This document shows positions 27,033 to 35,191 of a stretch of DNA of 35,391 bases, in pieces. A program made the position numbers and the translations under genes. The first letter of the stretch is position 1, and the number at the start of each line of letters is the position of its first letter. The notes below the pieces were generated by a model. It worked only from the letters and a program-made list of their open reading frames with translations, was not told the origin of the DNA and did not search any database. Source of the DNA: a virus (Duplodnaviria > Caudoviricetes); IMG/VR virus record IMGVR_UViG_3300031748_000007, positions 1 to 35,391 of that record, one strand, 5' to 3'.

Positions 27033-27737
27033 ATGTCAGACGATAAGCCGCTGGCGTTGCGCCTGTTGACCAACGCACTGCCGCCGCCGCCGGCCAATGA
27101 CCCATTTCCGCGCATGGCGCGCCGTGTGCCCCCTGGCGTACAGGGCACGGCGTGCGTGCGGCACCTGACTGTTGACCGCGCCGAAGCGGAGCGTTGGGCG
27201 GTGCGGGCGTTGGCGAGCGGCGATGACTACTACACGCGTCCAGGGCGCTACGCCATCCTGGACCTGGACGGCAAGATCATGATGTCCGACACCGACATGG
27301 AGCGCCGCACCAACCGTGTGGCGTTCCACCGGGCACGGGGCCACGTGCTGGTGCTGGGCCTGGGCCTGGGCATGTTGGTGGCGGGGCTGAAGCGCCGTGG
27401 GCCGTTGACCAGTTTGATGGTGCTCGAACGCAACCGCGACGTGATCGACCTGGTGTGGCCGCACGTGAAATTCGGCAAGGCCACGGTGGTCGAGGCGGAC
27501 GCATTTCACTGGACGCCCACGGCAGGCACCCCGCTGTTCGACACCATCTGGGCGGACATCTGGCCCACAATCTGCCCGGACAACCTGCTGGAGATGGAGG
27601 CGCTGTTCGACCGCTACACGGCGTGGCTGGCCCCCGGCGGGTGGATGGGCTTCTGGTCGCTCGACGCGGTTGCCAAGCGGCTGAACGCGGCAGGGCTCCG
27701 GCGCTTTGGCCGGCTGCTGAAAGGACGGTGGGAGTAA
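27033..27737 (+). CDS. Class I SAM-dependent methyltransferase (spermidine-synthase-like fold)
   Basis: VLVLGLGLG, VLERN..VI, VVEADAF, FDTIWADIW; RBS aggaggtga. Confidence 0.85.
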   Translation: MSDDKPLALRLLTNALPPPPANDPFPRMARRVPPGVQGTACVRHLTVDRAEAERWAVRALASGDDYYTRPGRYAILDLDGKIMMSDTDMERRTNRVAFHRARGHVLVLGLGLGMLVAGLKRRGPLTSLMVLERNRDVIDLVWPHVKFGKATVVEADAFHWTPTAGTPLFDTIWADIWPTICPDNLLEMEALFDRYTAWLAPGGWMGFWSLDAVAKRLNAAGLRRFGRLLKGRWE

Positions 27738-28009
27738 TGTTGACACAACTGATTCTAGTGATCGAGCGGTTAGGCCCTGCGCCAGCTGGTGCACGGTGTG
27801 ACTGCGAGCATGTTGACTGCGAGCGAGACATCGACGCACCTGACGCGCACATTGCTGGCGGGTGCCAGCACATGGCGGTGGAGGCGGTGCGGCTGAGCGG
27901 GTTGCGGGCCGCGCTGTGCGCGCCGTGCCTGCGGCGGTGGGCCACGGTGTCCGAGAACCGCCCCAAGATCGTGATGCAGTGGGGCGGTGGAAGGAGTGTG
28001 GAGTCATGA
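27737..28009 (+). CDS. Cys-rich hypothetical protein
   Basis: TAATG coupling; CDCEHVDC and CAPC motifs. Confidence 0.65.
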   Translation: MLTQLILVIERLGPAPAGARCDCEHVDCERDIDAPDAHIAGGCQHMAVEAVRLSGLRAALCAPCLRRWATVSENRPKIVMQWGGGRSVES

Positions 28010-28542
28010 GCAAAAGCACGCTGCTGCCGCCCACGGCGCGGGCGGTAGACCTAGACGCACGCAAATTCGCGGAGATGGTGGACGGCTGCCACGCTGCGGC
28101 CCAGACGCACCTGAACGGCCTTGGCGAACGGGACTTTCTGCCCATGTTGATCTGTTGGATGGTGCGGCCCGACGGCATGGTCGAGGAGCGGGCCGCGAGC
28201 ATCGCGGGCGCACCGCCCCGGCTGGTGCTGCCGGGACTGCTGCGCCAGTGGAAGCCGTACTGTCACGTGTTCATAGCGGATGCATGGATCGGGAAACCTC
28301 GCCCGGTCGGTACGCCAGTGGAAGACATACCGCTGCCGAGCACCGACCCAGAACGGACTGAGGCACTGGTGATTGCGGCGCGCCACCCGGACGTGCGCGT
28401 TCTAATCGAACAGCCGTACACGCGCGAGTCCGGCACCCTGGTGTACGGCGAGCCACGGCGCAAGGTGCTGTTGCCTAGCGACACCACCACGGTGCTGTGG
28501 GCGTGGGCGTTGGATGACCCAAACGCTACGTTGAACAGCTAG
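28006..28542 (+). CDS. Hypothetical protein
   Basis: ATGA coupling; FIADAW...PSTDPERTEALVI motif. Confidence 0.75.
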   Translation: MSKSTLLPPTARAVDLDARKFAEMVDGCHAAAQTHLNGLGERDFLPMLICWMVRPDGMVEERAASIAGAPPRLVLPGLLRQWKPYCHVFIADAWIGKPRPVGTPVEDIPLPSTDPERTEALVIAARHPDVRVLIEQPYTRESGTLVYGEPRRKVLLPSDTTTVLWAWALDDPNATLNS

Positions 28543-28557
28543 GAGAAAGGGAAGAGT

Positions 28558-28848
28558 ATGAATCCCGTCGCGTGGATCGTCTGGGTTGCGCTGATGGTGC
28601 TCGATCCCTCAACGCCTTGGTGCCCCGGTGTGTGGACGCGCAGGTCCGTGGGGCTGCATTGCTATTGCAAAGGCGGTGTGTCCGAGGCGTTTACCGACTC
28701 CATCGAATTGTGTCGTCCCGCATTGACGGAGGCGTGCATGGCGGCATTCGCCGCATCCGGCAAACCGTGTCGATGGGACGATGTAGAGTGGTTCTCCAGC
28801 GCAATGTCGCGCGGGGAATCTGAGATCATTGATCTAGGTGAGCCATGA
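28558..28848 (+). CDS. Putative membrane-anchored or exported Cys-rich protein
   Basis: Hydrophobic N-terminus (VAWIVWVALMVL); six Cys. Confidence 0.6.
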   Translation: MNPVAWIVWVALMVLDPSTPWCPGVWTRRSVGLHCYCKGGVSEAFTDSIELCRPALTEACMAAFAASGKPCRWDDVEWFSSAMSRGESEIIDLGEP

Positions 28849-28886
28849 CGGCCGCCGAACCATCTGAGGAAAGGAAGGTGAGAACA

Positions 28887-29129
28887 ATGTCAGGGCCGTG
28901 TATGTGCGGCGACATTTACTGTCATAGCTGCGGCCCAGCGCAAGGCAACCACAAGTGCCCTGTCTGTGGCGTGCGGAGCTACGACGGTGAATGCGTTGAC
29001 CCCGCAGCGTGCGAGAAGGCCGAGCGGGAGATGGAAGATGCAATGGTGCGCGATCTGGAAGAAGCCGACCGGGTGGCGCGCGCGTATTGGGCTGCTTTCG
29101 GCAAGAAAGGGGACGAGACAGATGTATGA
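28887..29129 (+). CDS. Cys-rich small protein
   Basis: RBS aaggaaggtg; CMCGDIYCHSCG...CPVC. Confidence 0.7.
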   Translation: MSGPCMCGDIYCHSCGPAQGNHKCPVCGVRSYDGECVDPAACEKAEREMEDAMVRDLEEADRVARAYWAAFGKKGDETDV

Positions 29130-29379
29130 AGCGCATGGCATGGCCCGCTGGGTGGAGGCAGCGCTGAACGAAGCTGGCGTGCGAGATGGCGGAGCCGAAT
29201 ACACCATCACCGTCACGGACACGGCGGGCAACGCCGCCTACGTGGTGGGCGAAGCGGTGGAAGGGTCTCACCGTACCCGGTGGATGATGGACCAAGGGCT
29301 GTGGGTGCAACGGCTGGTGAGCCAGTTGCACTCCGACGACCGTGCGCGGCTGCTCAAGGCGTTGCAGGAGCTGCCGTGA
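29122..29379 (+). CDS. Hypothetical protein
   Basis: RBS aaagggg; overlaps neighbouring genes. Confidence 0.65.
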   Translation: MYEAHGMARWVEAALNEAGVRDGGAEYTITVTDTAGNAAYVVGEAVEGSHRTRWMMDQGLWVQRLVSQLHSDDRARLLKALQELP

Positions 29380-29606
29380 TCGACGGGATGCCGTGGCGGA
29401 CGTATCGGTTGGTGGTCGCGACGGTCCTCCGGACGGAGGTCCAGCGCTACCACCCCGAGCGCCGGGTGGAGCGGGCGGTGCTGGCGAAACTGGCAGACGC
29501 ATTTGCACGGCGCATCGCCGTGGAATGGGCTGCCTTTGACCGCGAGGAGTTTCTGCACATGTGCGGCCTTGCGGACGTGGAGGGGACTGATGAAAATCCC
29601 GGCTAA
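29376..29606 (+). CDS. Hypothetical protein
   Basis: GTGA coupling; LADAFA...FDREEFLHMCGL motif. Confidence 0.65.
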   Translation: MIDGMPWRTYRLVVATVLRTEVQRYHPERRVERAVLAKLADAFARRIAVEWAAFDREEFLHMCGLADVEGTDENPG

Positions 29607-29841
29607 CATTGTTGCAGCCGTCAACGATGGGGCCACGTGGCTGGCGGCTATCACCATTACCCAACCGCTGGGGCTTCCGGCGGCGAAGTTCGTGTTCGTG
29701 GACCTGGTCGATGTCAACGGTAACACCGCGCGCGTCACTATCGACCATGACGTGGACCCCGACGACGTGCGCCAGGCGTTCGCCAGAGCACTGTGCTCGC
29801 AGCGCCGCTTGCCGCGTGGGGCGCGGAGGCGGCGCGCGTGA
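29590..29841 (+). CDS. Hypothetical protein
   Basis: RBS ggagggg. Confidence 0.6.
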   Translation: MKIPANIVAAVNDGATWLAAITITQPLGLPAAKFVFVDLVDVNGNTARVTIDHDVDPDDVRQAFARALCSQRRLPRGARRRRA

Positions 29842-29851
29842 AGGAGGACAG

Positions 29852-30139
29852 ATGACAGATGATGTAACAGAACCATTTCGCCGCCGGGAGCAAGCCCTGC
29901 TCAACCAACAGGGCGAACAACTGGCCTCGGCCAATCCGGCCGACCAGGGCCGTGCAGCGCTCACCGCGTTGCACGGCAGGGTCTACGCCACCCAGGAACT
30001 CAGCGCGGAGTTCGAGGTACTGGGCTTCCTGGCTCCGTACGTACACGTGCGCCGTAAGGCCGACGGCGCGGAGGGTAGCATGAAGTTCCAGCACTACCCG
30101 CGCTTTTACTGGGGCTTTGAGCCTGCGGCTGGTTGGTGA
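29852..30139 (+). CDS. Hypothetical protein
   Basis: RBS aaggagg; EFEVLGFLAPYVHVRRKADG..GSMKFQHYPRFYW. Confidence 0.75.
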   Translation: MTDDVTEPFRRREQALLNQQGEQLASANPADQGRAALTALHGRVYATQELSAEFEVLGFLAPYVHVRRKADGAEGSMKFQHYPRFYWGFEPAAGW

Positions 30140-30141
30140 AC

Positions 30142-30585
30142 ATGGCCAGCACGCTGAAGCTGCTGAGCGTGGGCTTTACCGGCAGCCGGCAGGGGTTGAC
30201 CATACGGCAGTTTCAATCGCTGCGGCTGATGCTGCTGGCGCTGCGTGAGGCAGGCAGCGTGGAGTTTCACCACGGGGACTGCCTGGGCGCTGACCAGAAG
30301 GCGCACTACCTGGCCAAGACGCTGGGGTTCCGGGTGGTGCTGCACCCGCCCAGCAACCCGCGCGCACGGGCCTGGTGCGTGGCCGATGAGTTCCGTGACC
30401 CGCTGCCGTACCTGGATCGCAACCAGGCCATCGTTGACGAATGCCGCGTGCTGGTGGCCGCACCACGGCAGAAGAAAGAAACGCTCCGTTCGGGCACGTG
30501 GAGCACGGTGCGCCGTGCACGCTCGGCGGGCATACCCGTCTGGTTCGTATGGCCGGACGGCACGACCAAGAAGGAGACTCGATGA
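30142..30585 (+). CDS. SLOG-superfamily (DprA/Smf/YspA-like) nucleotide-binding protein
   Basis: VGFTGSR, HHGDCLGAD, LDRNQAIVD, RSGTWSTVRRA. Confidence 0.85.
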   Translation: MASTLKLLSVGFTGSRQGLTIRQFQSLRLMLLALREAGSVEFHHGDCLGADQKAHYLAKTLGFRVVLHPPSNPRARAWCVADEFRDPLPYLDRNQAIVDECRVLVAAPRQKKETLRSGTWSTVRRARSAGIPVWFVWPDGTTKKETR

Positions 30586-30818
30586 CAAACCCGGAACGTG
30601 AGCGAGAGCGCGCGCAACTGCTGTACGAAGGATTCTACCGCTGTCCGCACACCAACCGCGTGCTGGCGGGCTCGCCAGGCGACGACAAGGTGCTGTGCGG
30701 CTGTCAACGGCCGAACCCGGTTGCGCCGCGCGAGGCACCGGGTGTGCACGTCAAGGCGTATCTGAAGCCGGCGACTATTGACGAGTACCTGCGCCAGCGC
30801 GCTACCGACAAGCTGTGA
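30582..30818 (+). CDS. Hypothetical protein
   Basis: RBS aaggag; ATGA coupling. Confidence 0.7.
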   Translation: MTNPERERERAQLLYEGFYRCPHTNRVLAGSPGDDKVLCGCQRPNPVAPREAPGVHVKAYLKPATIDEYLRQRATDKL

Positions 30819-30831
30819 AACATGCCGGCGC

Positions 30832-30860
30832 TTTACAACGCCGCCCACGGCGGCTATAAC
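30832..30860 (+). promoter_or_regulatory. Sigma70-like promoter TTTACA-N17-TATAAC enclosed by inverted repeats
   Basis: -35 at 30832-30837 and -10 at 30855-30860. The spacer contains GCCGCC-cac-GGCGGC. Flanking inverted repeat: CCGGCGCTTT(30825-34)/AAAGCGCCGG(30870-79). Confidence 0.7.
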
Positions 30861-31002
30861 CTACCGGCCAAAGCGCCGGTACAACGGGAGGTCAAGTGTG
30901 TCACAGGTAAGCAAGTCGAACGGGAGCGGTGCACGCCGTCGCCGTAGACCCGCGCTTTCGGCAACGGCGGTACGCGACATCATGTTTGGAAGGAGAACAG
31001 CT

Positions 31003-31485
31003 ATGTCACTCGATGAACCAACTCCGGCCACCGCGCCGGAGCCCACCCCCAACGGCAAGGCGCGCACCCACGCGCCTGCCGCCCGCACGCTGGAGGCGGT
31101 GAAGCAGCTGTGGCCGCAGCTGCGCCCCAAGAGCAAGAACGACGCCACGTGCGCCGTGAAGGTGGCGCAGGCCCTGGCGGATCAGAAGTTGACGCAGCGG
31201 CCCGTTAAGCCGGCCACGGTGTTGTTCTATGCCGGCAGACTGAAGCTGCGTGGCCGTGCGGCGCACGGCACGTTTAGCCGGCTGAAGCACCCGGTGCGCA
31301 AGCGCCGAGGGCCGGCACGGCGCGGCCCTACACCGCCCCCGATGGTCATCACGCCGATGGGCGCGGTGTTGGACGTGCAGCCGGTCAACGACCAGCTGGT
31401 GGCCGTGCAGGAGATACTGACCCTGCTGGCCAAGCTGACGCCAGCGGCACGGGCATTCCTGGTGTCGCTGCTGGTGGAGGCGTAA
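31003..31485 (+). CDS. Basic hypothetical protein (possible upstream GTG start at 30898)
   Basis: RBS gaaggag before ATG 31003; gggagg before the in-frame GTG 30898. Confidence 0.7.
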   Translation: MSLDEPTPATAPEPTPNGKARTHAPAARTLEAVKQLWPQLRPKSKNDATCAVKVAQALADQKLTQRPVKPATVLFYAGRLKLRGRAAHGTFSRLKHPVRKRRGPARRGPTPPPMVITPMGAVLDVQPVNDQLVAVQEILTLLAKLTPAARAFLVSLLVEA

Positions 31486-31573
31486 GTACCAAATTGGTCA
31501 AGCCTGCGGTAAGGCACGCGCGGTGAAGGTAGGCTTAGGTCGCGCTAGCACCTTGGAGAAAGGTAGGTGGGTC

Positions 31574-33082
31574 ATGTCATACAAACCATTCACGCGGGCT
31601 GAATTCGAAAAGGCCCTGCCCGCGCGGTGGCAGCTGGCCGAAGACGTACCGGCGCAGGAGTTGGTGTACCGCTGGCCAGGACAAGGCAAGTATGTCAACT
31701 GGGCCGTGTTGTGTTACAGCGGACTGGCCAAGGCCAGCGGTGTCAGCCGCGCCGTGGGCCAGGATGCCATTCGCTTTGTACTTATTGACACCGTAAGCGG
31801 CAAGGCGGTGGGCAAGACCACCCGTGTGCACCGCACGGGCGACGTGGCGTCGTTGACGGCACGGCTGAAGGACCGCATTGGTGCAATGGGCAAGCTGTGT
31901 GTCGGCGAAGAGCCCAAACGGTGCAAGCGGTGCGGTGCCGCCACGGTTGACCGAGTGAAGAAGGCCACTGGCGAGACGTTCCGCGGCTGCATGCGGTGGC
32001 AGGAGTGCCGCACCAACGGCGCGGCGGTGGCCCAGCCGCCGGACCCGATGCCGCAGCCGGTGGCCGAGCCCGAGCCGCTGGAAGAAGAGTTGACACGGGC
32101 CGACGTAGACCTGGCCCCGCTGCGGCCCGAAACGCCCGTGGCCCAACACCCGCAGGTTACGCAAGTGCTGCGGACGGTGGACGACAAGGTGCTGCTGGTG
32201 CCTACGGCCAAGGTACCGTGGGTGAAGCTGCCGTTTGCGGAGCTGAACCCGATGCAGAGTTTGGTGGTGCCTTACGTTACCGAGGACGTCAACTTGGTGG
32301 TGGCGGCACCCACCAGCGCCGGTAAGACGGTGGTGGCCGAACTGCTGGCCGGCTGGGCGTTGACGGTGCAGCGGCGCAAGGCGCTGTTTCTGAGCCCACT
32401 GAAGGCTGTGACGCAGGAGAAGTACGACGAGTGGCAAGAGCGATTTGTTGGCCGCAACATCAGCATCGTCACTGGGGACTACCAGCTGACCAAGAAGCGC
32501 CAGGCCGAGCTGGCCGCAGCCGACCTGATACTGTTGACCAGCGAGATGCTCGACAGCCGCACGCGCCGCATGGCGCAGGAGGGCAACGCCTGGCTGATGG
32601 ACGCGGCGGTGTTGGTGTGTGATGAATGTCACCTGATTTCCGTAGAGAGCAGGGGTCCGGCGCTTGAGACGGGCTTGGTGCGGTTCACCGATCAGAACCC
32701 CGCCGCCCGTGTGGTGTTGCTGAGTGCCACCATGCCCAACGTCGAAGAGTTGGGCAACTGGCTGAGCCGGCTGAACGGCAAGCACACGGTGGTGATCAAA
32801 AGCACGTGGCGTCCGGTGCCGCATGAGACGCACTACCGCCCGCACCTGGCGGGGCCACGGATGCGGTACCGCCAGATGGAAGAAGACAAGTTGCAGCAAA
32901 CGGTGCAGCTGATCGTCGAGGAGTTTCCTGACGACCGGTTTCTGGCCTTTGTGCACAGCAAGGCCACGGGCCGCGCGCTGCTGGCCAAGCTGAAGGACCA
33001 CGGCGTGGAAGCGGAGTTCCACAGCGCGGACTTATCCAAGGAAGACCGGTTGCGTATCGAAGCCGAGTTCCGTAAGAAGTAA
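31574..33082 (+). CDS. Ski2/Hel308-like SF2 helicase, N-terminal part (N-domain, topoisomerase-type C4 Zn ribbon, RecA1 and the first half of RecA2)
   Basis: CKRC...FRGCMRWQEC; LNPMQ, APTSAGKT, SPLKAVTQEK, TGD, DECH, LSATMPN, WRPVP, LAFVHSK, FHSADLSKEDRLRIEAEFRKK*. Motifs V and VI are absent. Confidence 0.9.
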   Translation: MSYKPFTRAEFEKALPARWQLAEDVPAQELVYRWPGQGKYVNWAVLCYSGLAKASGVSRAVGQDAIRFVLIDTVSGKAVGKTTRVHRTGDVASLTARLKDRIGAMGKLCVGEEPKRCKRCGAATVDRVKKATGETFRGCMRWQECRTNGAAVAQPPDPMPQPVAEPEPLEEELTRADVDLAPLRPETPVAQHPQVTQVLRTVDDKVLLVPTAKVPWVKLPFAELNPMQSLVVPYVTEDVNLVVAAPTSAGKTVVAELLAGWALTVQRRKALFLSPLKAVTQEKYDEWQERFVGRNISIVTGDYQLTKKRQAELAAADLILLTSEMLDSRTRRMAQEGNAWLMDAAVLVCDECHLISVESRGPALETGLVRFTDQNPAARVVLLSATMPNVEELGNWLSRLNGKHTVVIKSTWRPVPHETHYRPHLAGPRMRYRQMEEDKLQQTVQLIVEEFPDDRFLAFVHSKATGRALLAKLKDHGVEAEFHSADLSKEDRLRIEAEFRKK

Positions 33083-33093
33083 GGAGGTACCCA

Positions 33094-33300
33094 ATGGCAA
33101 TTCCGAGTCGCAAGGCCCCTGCGATTACCGATGCGCTGGAGCGCATGTTCGGGCGCAGCACGGCCGTCGAGTCTGACCGCTGCCTGCCGCCACCCATTGG
33201 CTGTGGCGGGCCGGCAGTGGAGTTCCGAGACGAGCGGAGCCGGCGCGAGTATGGCATCTCGGCGCTGTGCCAACAGTGCCAAGACAAAGTGTTTGACTGA
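33094..33300 (+). CDS. Small Zn-binding phage protein
   Basis: RBS aaggaggt overlapping the helicase stop; EFRDERSRREYGISALCQQCQDKVF. Confidence 0.75.
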   Translation: MAIPSRKAPAITDALERMFGRSTAVESDRCLPPPIGCGGPAVEFRDERSRREYGISALCQQCQDKVFD

Positions 33301-33313
33301 AGGAGTACTTGAC

Positions 33314-33601
33314 ATGGCTGAACCGAAAACGCCACAGCGAGAACGCTTCGCCATCGAATCGCGGCTACGAGAGATTGCGAGCCTCATTCAAGGCGCGATA
33401 GATCAGACCGCTGCGCGTACCGGCAGCGGAGATCGCTATGGCTTTGCGCTGTTCGTCTTTACCTATGGGGAGGGCGGTTCGCTCTCCTACATCAGCAGCG
33501 CCGAGCGCGCGGATATTCTGAGGATGCTTGAGGAATGGATCGCGTTGCAGAAGGCTGGCGACGTTGGCACGCTTGCTTCGGGGCCAGGGGATCTGCAATG
33601 A
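33314..33601 (+). CDS. Hypothetical protein
   Basis: RBS aaggag; GFALFVFTYGEGGSLSYISSAERAD. Confidence 0.75.
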   Translation: MAEPKTPQRERFAIESRLREIASLIQGAIDQTAARTGSGDRYGFALFVFTYGEGGSLSYISSAERADILRMLEEWIALQKAGDVGTLASGPGDLQ

Positions 33602-33879
33602 GGCCGGAGGCTGACGGGGAACAGTTCCACGTCACCTGGATCGACGGGCACCGTGAGCCGCAGTGCGCGCCCAACCCGGCGTATCCAGATGGCGTGGTGA
33701 TCCACGCACCTGAAGGGGTGCGCGCCTGCGCGGTCAACCTGCCCTATCCGGCCAAGCGGTGCGGATTCTACCGGGTACACTGCACCATGTGCGGCACCGT
33801 GGTGCTGATTACCACCGCCGGCCGACCAGATGATCCGAGGCAGGTCGAGATTCCTTGCCTATTGAAAGGAGAAGCATGA
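33598..33879 (+). CDS. Hypothetical Cys-containing protein
   Basis: ATGA coupling; LPYPAKRCG...CTMCG. Confidence 0.7.
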   Translation: MRPEADGEQFHVTWIDGHREPQCAPNPAYPDGVVIHAPEGVRACAVNLPYPAKRCGFYRVHCTMCGTVVLITTAGRPDDPRQVEIPCLLKGEA

Positions 33880-34229
33880 TGAAGAGAAAACAACCCCGAC
33901 CCACACCGGCCGATGTGCTAGCCGCATGCGATGCCATTGTGCGCGAGGCACCGCAGTCGGTGGGTCGGGTGTACGCGGCCAGCGCGGCGCGGGTGTACGC
34001 GGACAGCGGGCTGGACGCGTTGACGCAGCAAGTGGCGTATATTCTGCACGTGCTGAAGTGGAACGGGCCGGAGTCGAAAGGGCCGCTGCGTGTGCTGCGC
34101 GCGTTCCGGCACGGGCCGGCGGCTGCGCCATACCCCACGCACGGCGGGGCGGCAGCCGTGCGTGCCTGGCGGCGGCAGCGGCGTGCGGCGGCGCGGCGTA
34201 GACCCGATGACCATGCCGCACGCAGTTGA
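33876..34229 (+). CDS. Hypothetical protein
   Basis: RBS aaaggag; ATGA coupling. Confidence 0.65.
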   Translation: MMKRKQPRPTPADVLAACDAIVREAPQSVGRVYAASAARVYADSGLDALTQQVAYILHVLKWNGPESKGPLRVLRAFRHGPAAAPYPTHGGAAAVRAWRRQRRAAARRRPDDHAARS

Positions 34230-34428
34230 CCCACGGGTGCAGGCCGCACGGGAGGCCATGCAACGCGACAACCCAAAGATCACGCTGCGCAGCTGCTGGC
34301 ACTGCAATGCGGCGCACACGCACCTGCGGGAAGAGCGCGAAGTGGCCATTCTCTGCTTTGCGTGCGGCCACCTGTTCTACCGTGGCGTGCGGGTTACGGA
34401 GGACCCGGAGGCCCCGGAGGAGATATGA
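34207..34428 (+). CDS. Small Zn-ribbon protein
   Basis: CWHC and CFACG motifs. Confidence 0.7.
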   Translation: MTMPHAVDPRVQAAREAMQRDNPKITLRSCWHCNAAHTHLREEREVAILCFACGHLFYRGVRVTEDPEAPEEI

Positions 34429-34697
34429 CGGCACACTGGTTCACGCTGGGCACTAAGGCCGAGCAGGTACAGTGGACGGAGGAGGTACAAATCGTGTTGG
34501 GCACCGACCGGTACCGGGTGCACTGGGTGGGCACCAGCGAGCAGCAAGGCAAGCCCGCCGCCACCGTGGCGGCATTTCTGCGAGCGGAAGACAAGAGCCT
34601 GTTCCTGGAGGCGCTGGTGCTGCAACAGGCGCTGCGCGCCAAAGACCGCGATGCCGTGCAGCAAGCGTTGCGCGCCATCGCCACGATGCCATTGTGA
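34425..34697 (+). CDS. Hypothetical protein
   Basis: RBS ggaggag; ATGA coupling. Confidence 0.7.
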   Translation: MTAHWFTLGTKAEQVQWTEEVQIVLGTDRYRVHWVGTSEQQGKPAATVAAFLRAEDKSLFLEALVLQQALRAKDRDAVQQALRAIATMPL

Positions 34698-34713
34698 GAG
34701 AAAGGAGGCAACA

Positions 34714-34929
34714 ATGGGAGCGCCGAGTGGGCGGTGTAGGCGGACGGGGAAACTGTCGTATGACTCCCCTCAGGCGGCAGAGGGGCATTACCGGGCGCTG
34801 CACAAACGCAACCACTACGTGGGCGAAGTGTACCGCTGTCAGTTCTGCCACAAGTGGCACATCGGGCGGCGTCCGCAGTTTGGTCGTAAGGGCAGCAAGC
34901 ACAAGAAGGTGCAGTCCAATGAGCGGTGA
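34714..34929 (+). CDS. Small basic Zn-binding phage protein
   Basis: RBS aaaggagg; C..TGKLSY....A...YRCQFCHKWHIG. Confidence 0.75.
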   Translation: MGAPSGRCRRTGKLSYDSPQAAEGHYRALHKRNHYVGEVYRCQFCHKWHIGRRPQFGRKGSKHKKVQSNER

Positions 34930-35176
34930 AGAACCCCAGTGGCTAGCAGAGATCAAAGCCGACGGTGCGGCCAAGCGGTACCGCAGCCTGGACGTGATTA
35001 CGCGCAGCCACGTGCGCCACATACGCCGTGGCCTGCGCGCCGGTGGGACGCTGGCCGAGATACAGCGGACCTTCGAGGAGACGTGCGCCAACTGGCGACC
35101 GTCGATACGGGCCGTGCACCTGGTCGATGTGTACCGGGCGCTCGGCTACGCCGCAGCACACAAAACCAACTCATAG
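34919..35176 (+). CDS. Hypothetical protein
   Basis: ATG 34919 overlaps the previous gene; ends at TAG just before the helicase C-part RBS. Confidence 0.6.
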   Translation: MSGEEPQWLAEIKADGAAKRYRSLDVITRSHVRHIRRGLRAGGTLAEIQRTFEETCANWRPSIRAVHLVDVYRALGYAAAHKTNS

Positions 35177-35191
35177 GAAGGGAGTCTGACC

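Larger units (their letters stand above)
16185..34206 (+). repeat. Dispersed oriented motif CGTAGACCCG (core GTAGACC)
   Basis: Exact 10-mer starting at 18029, 18936, 19443, 19948, 21756, 25311, 25943, 30943 and 34197. GTAGACCC also at 16185, 16747 and 17056. GTAGACC at 16501, 20952, 22390, 26712, 28045 and 32105 (and 7505). Confidence 0.85.

Noticed and set aside
33083-35191. Group I/II intron, intein, IS or integrated element explaining the helicase split
   Set aside because: The interval is filled by ordinary small ORFs. I found no intron core motifs, intein termini, recombinase or in-frame direct repeat; the taagaag/taggaag similarity is out of frame.
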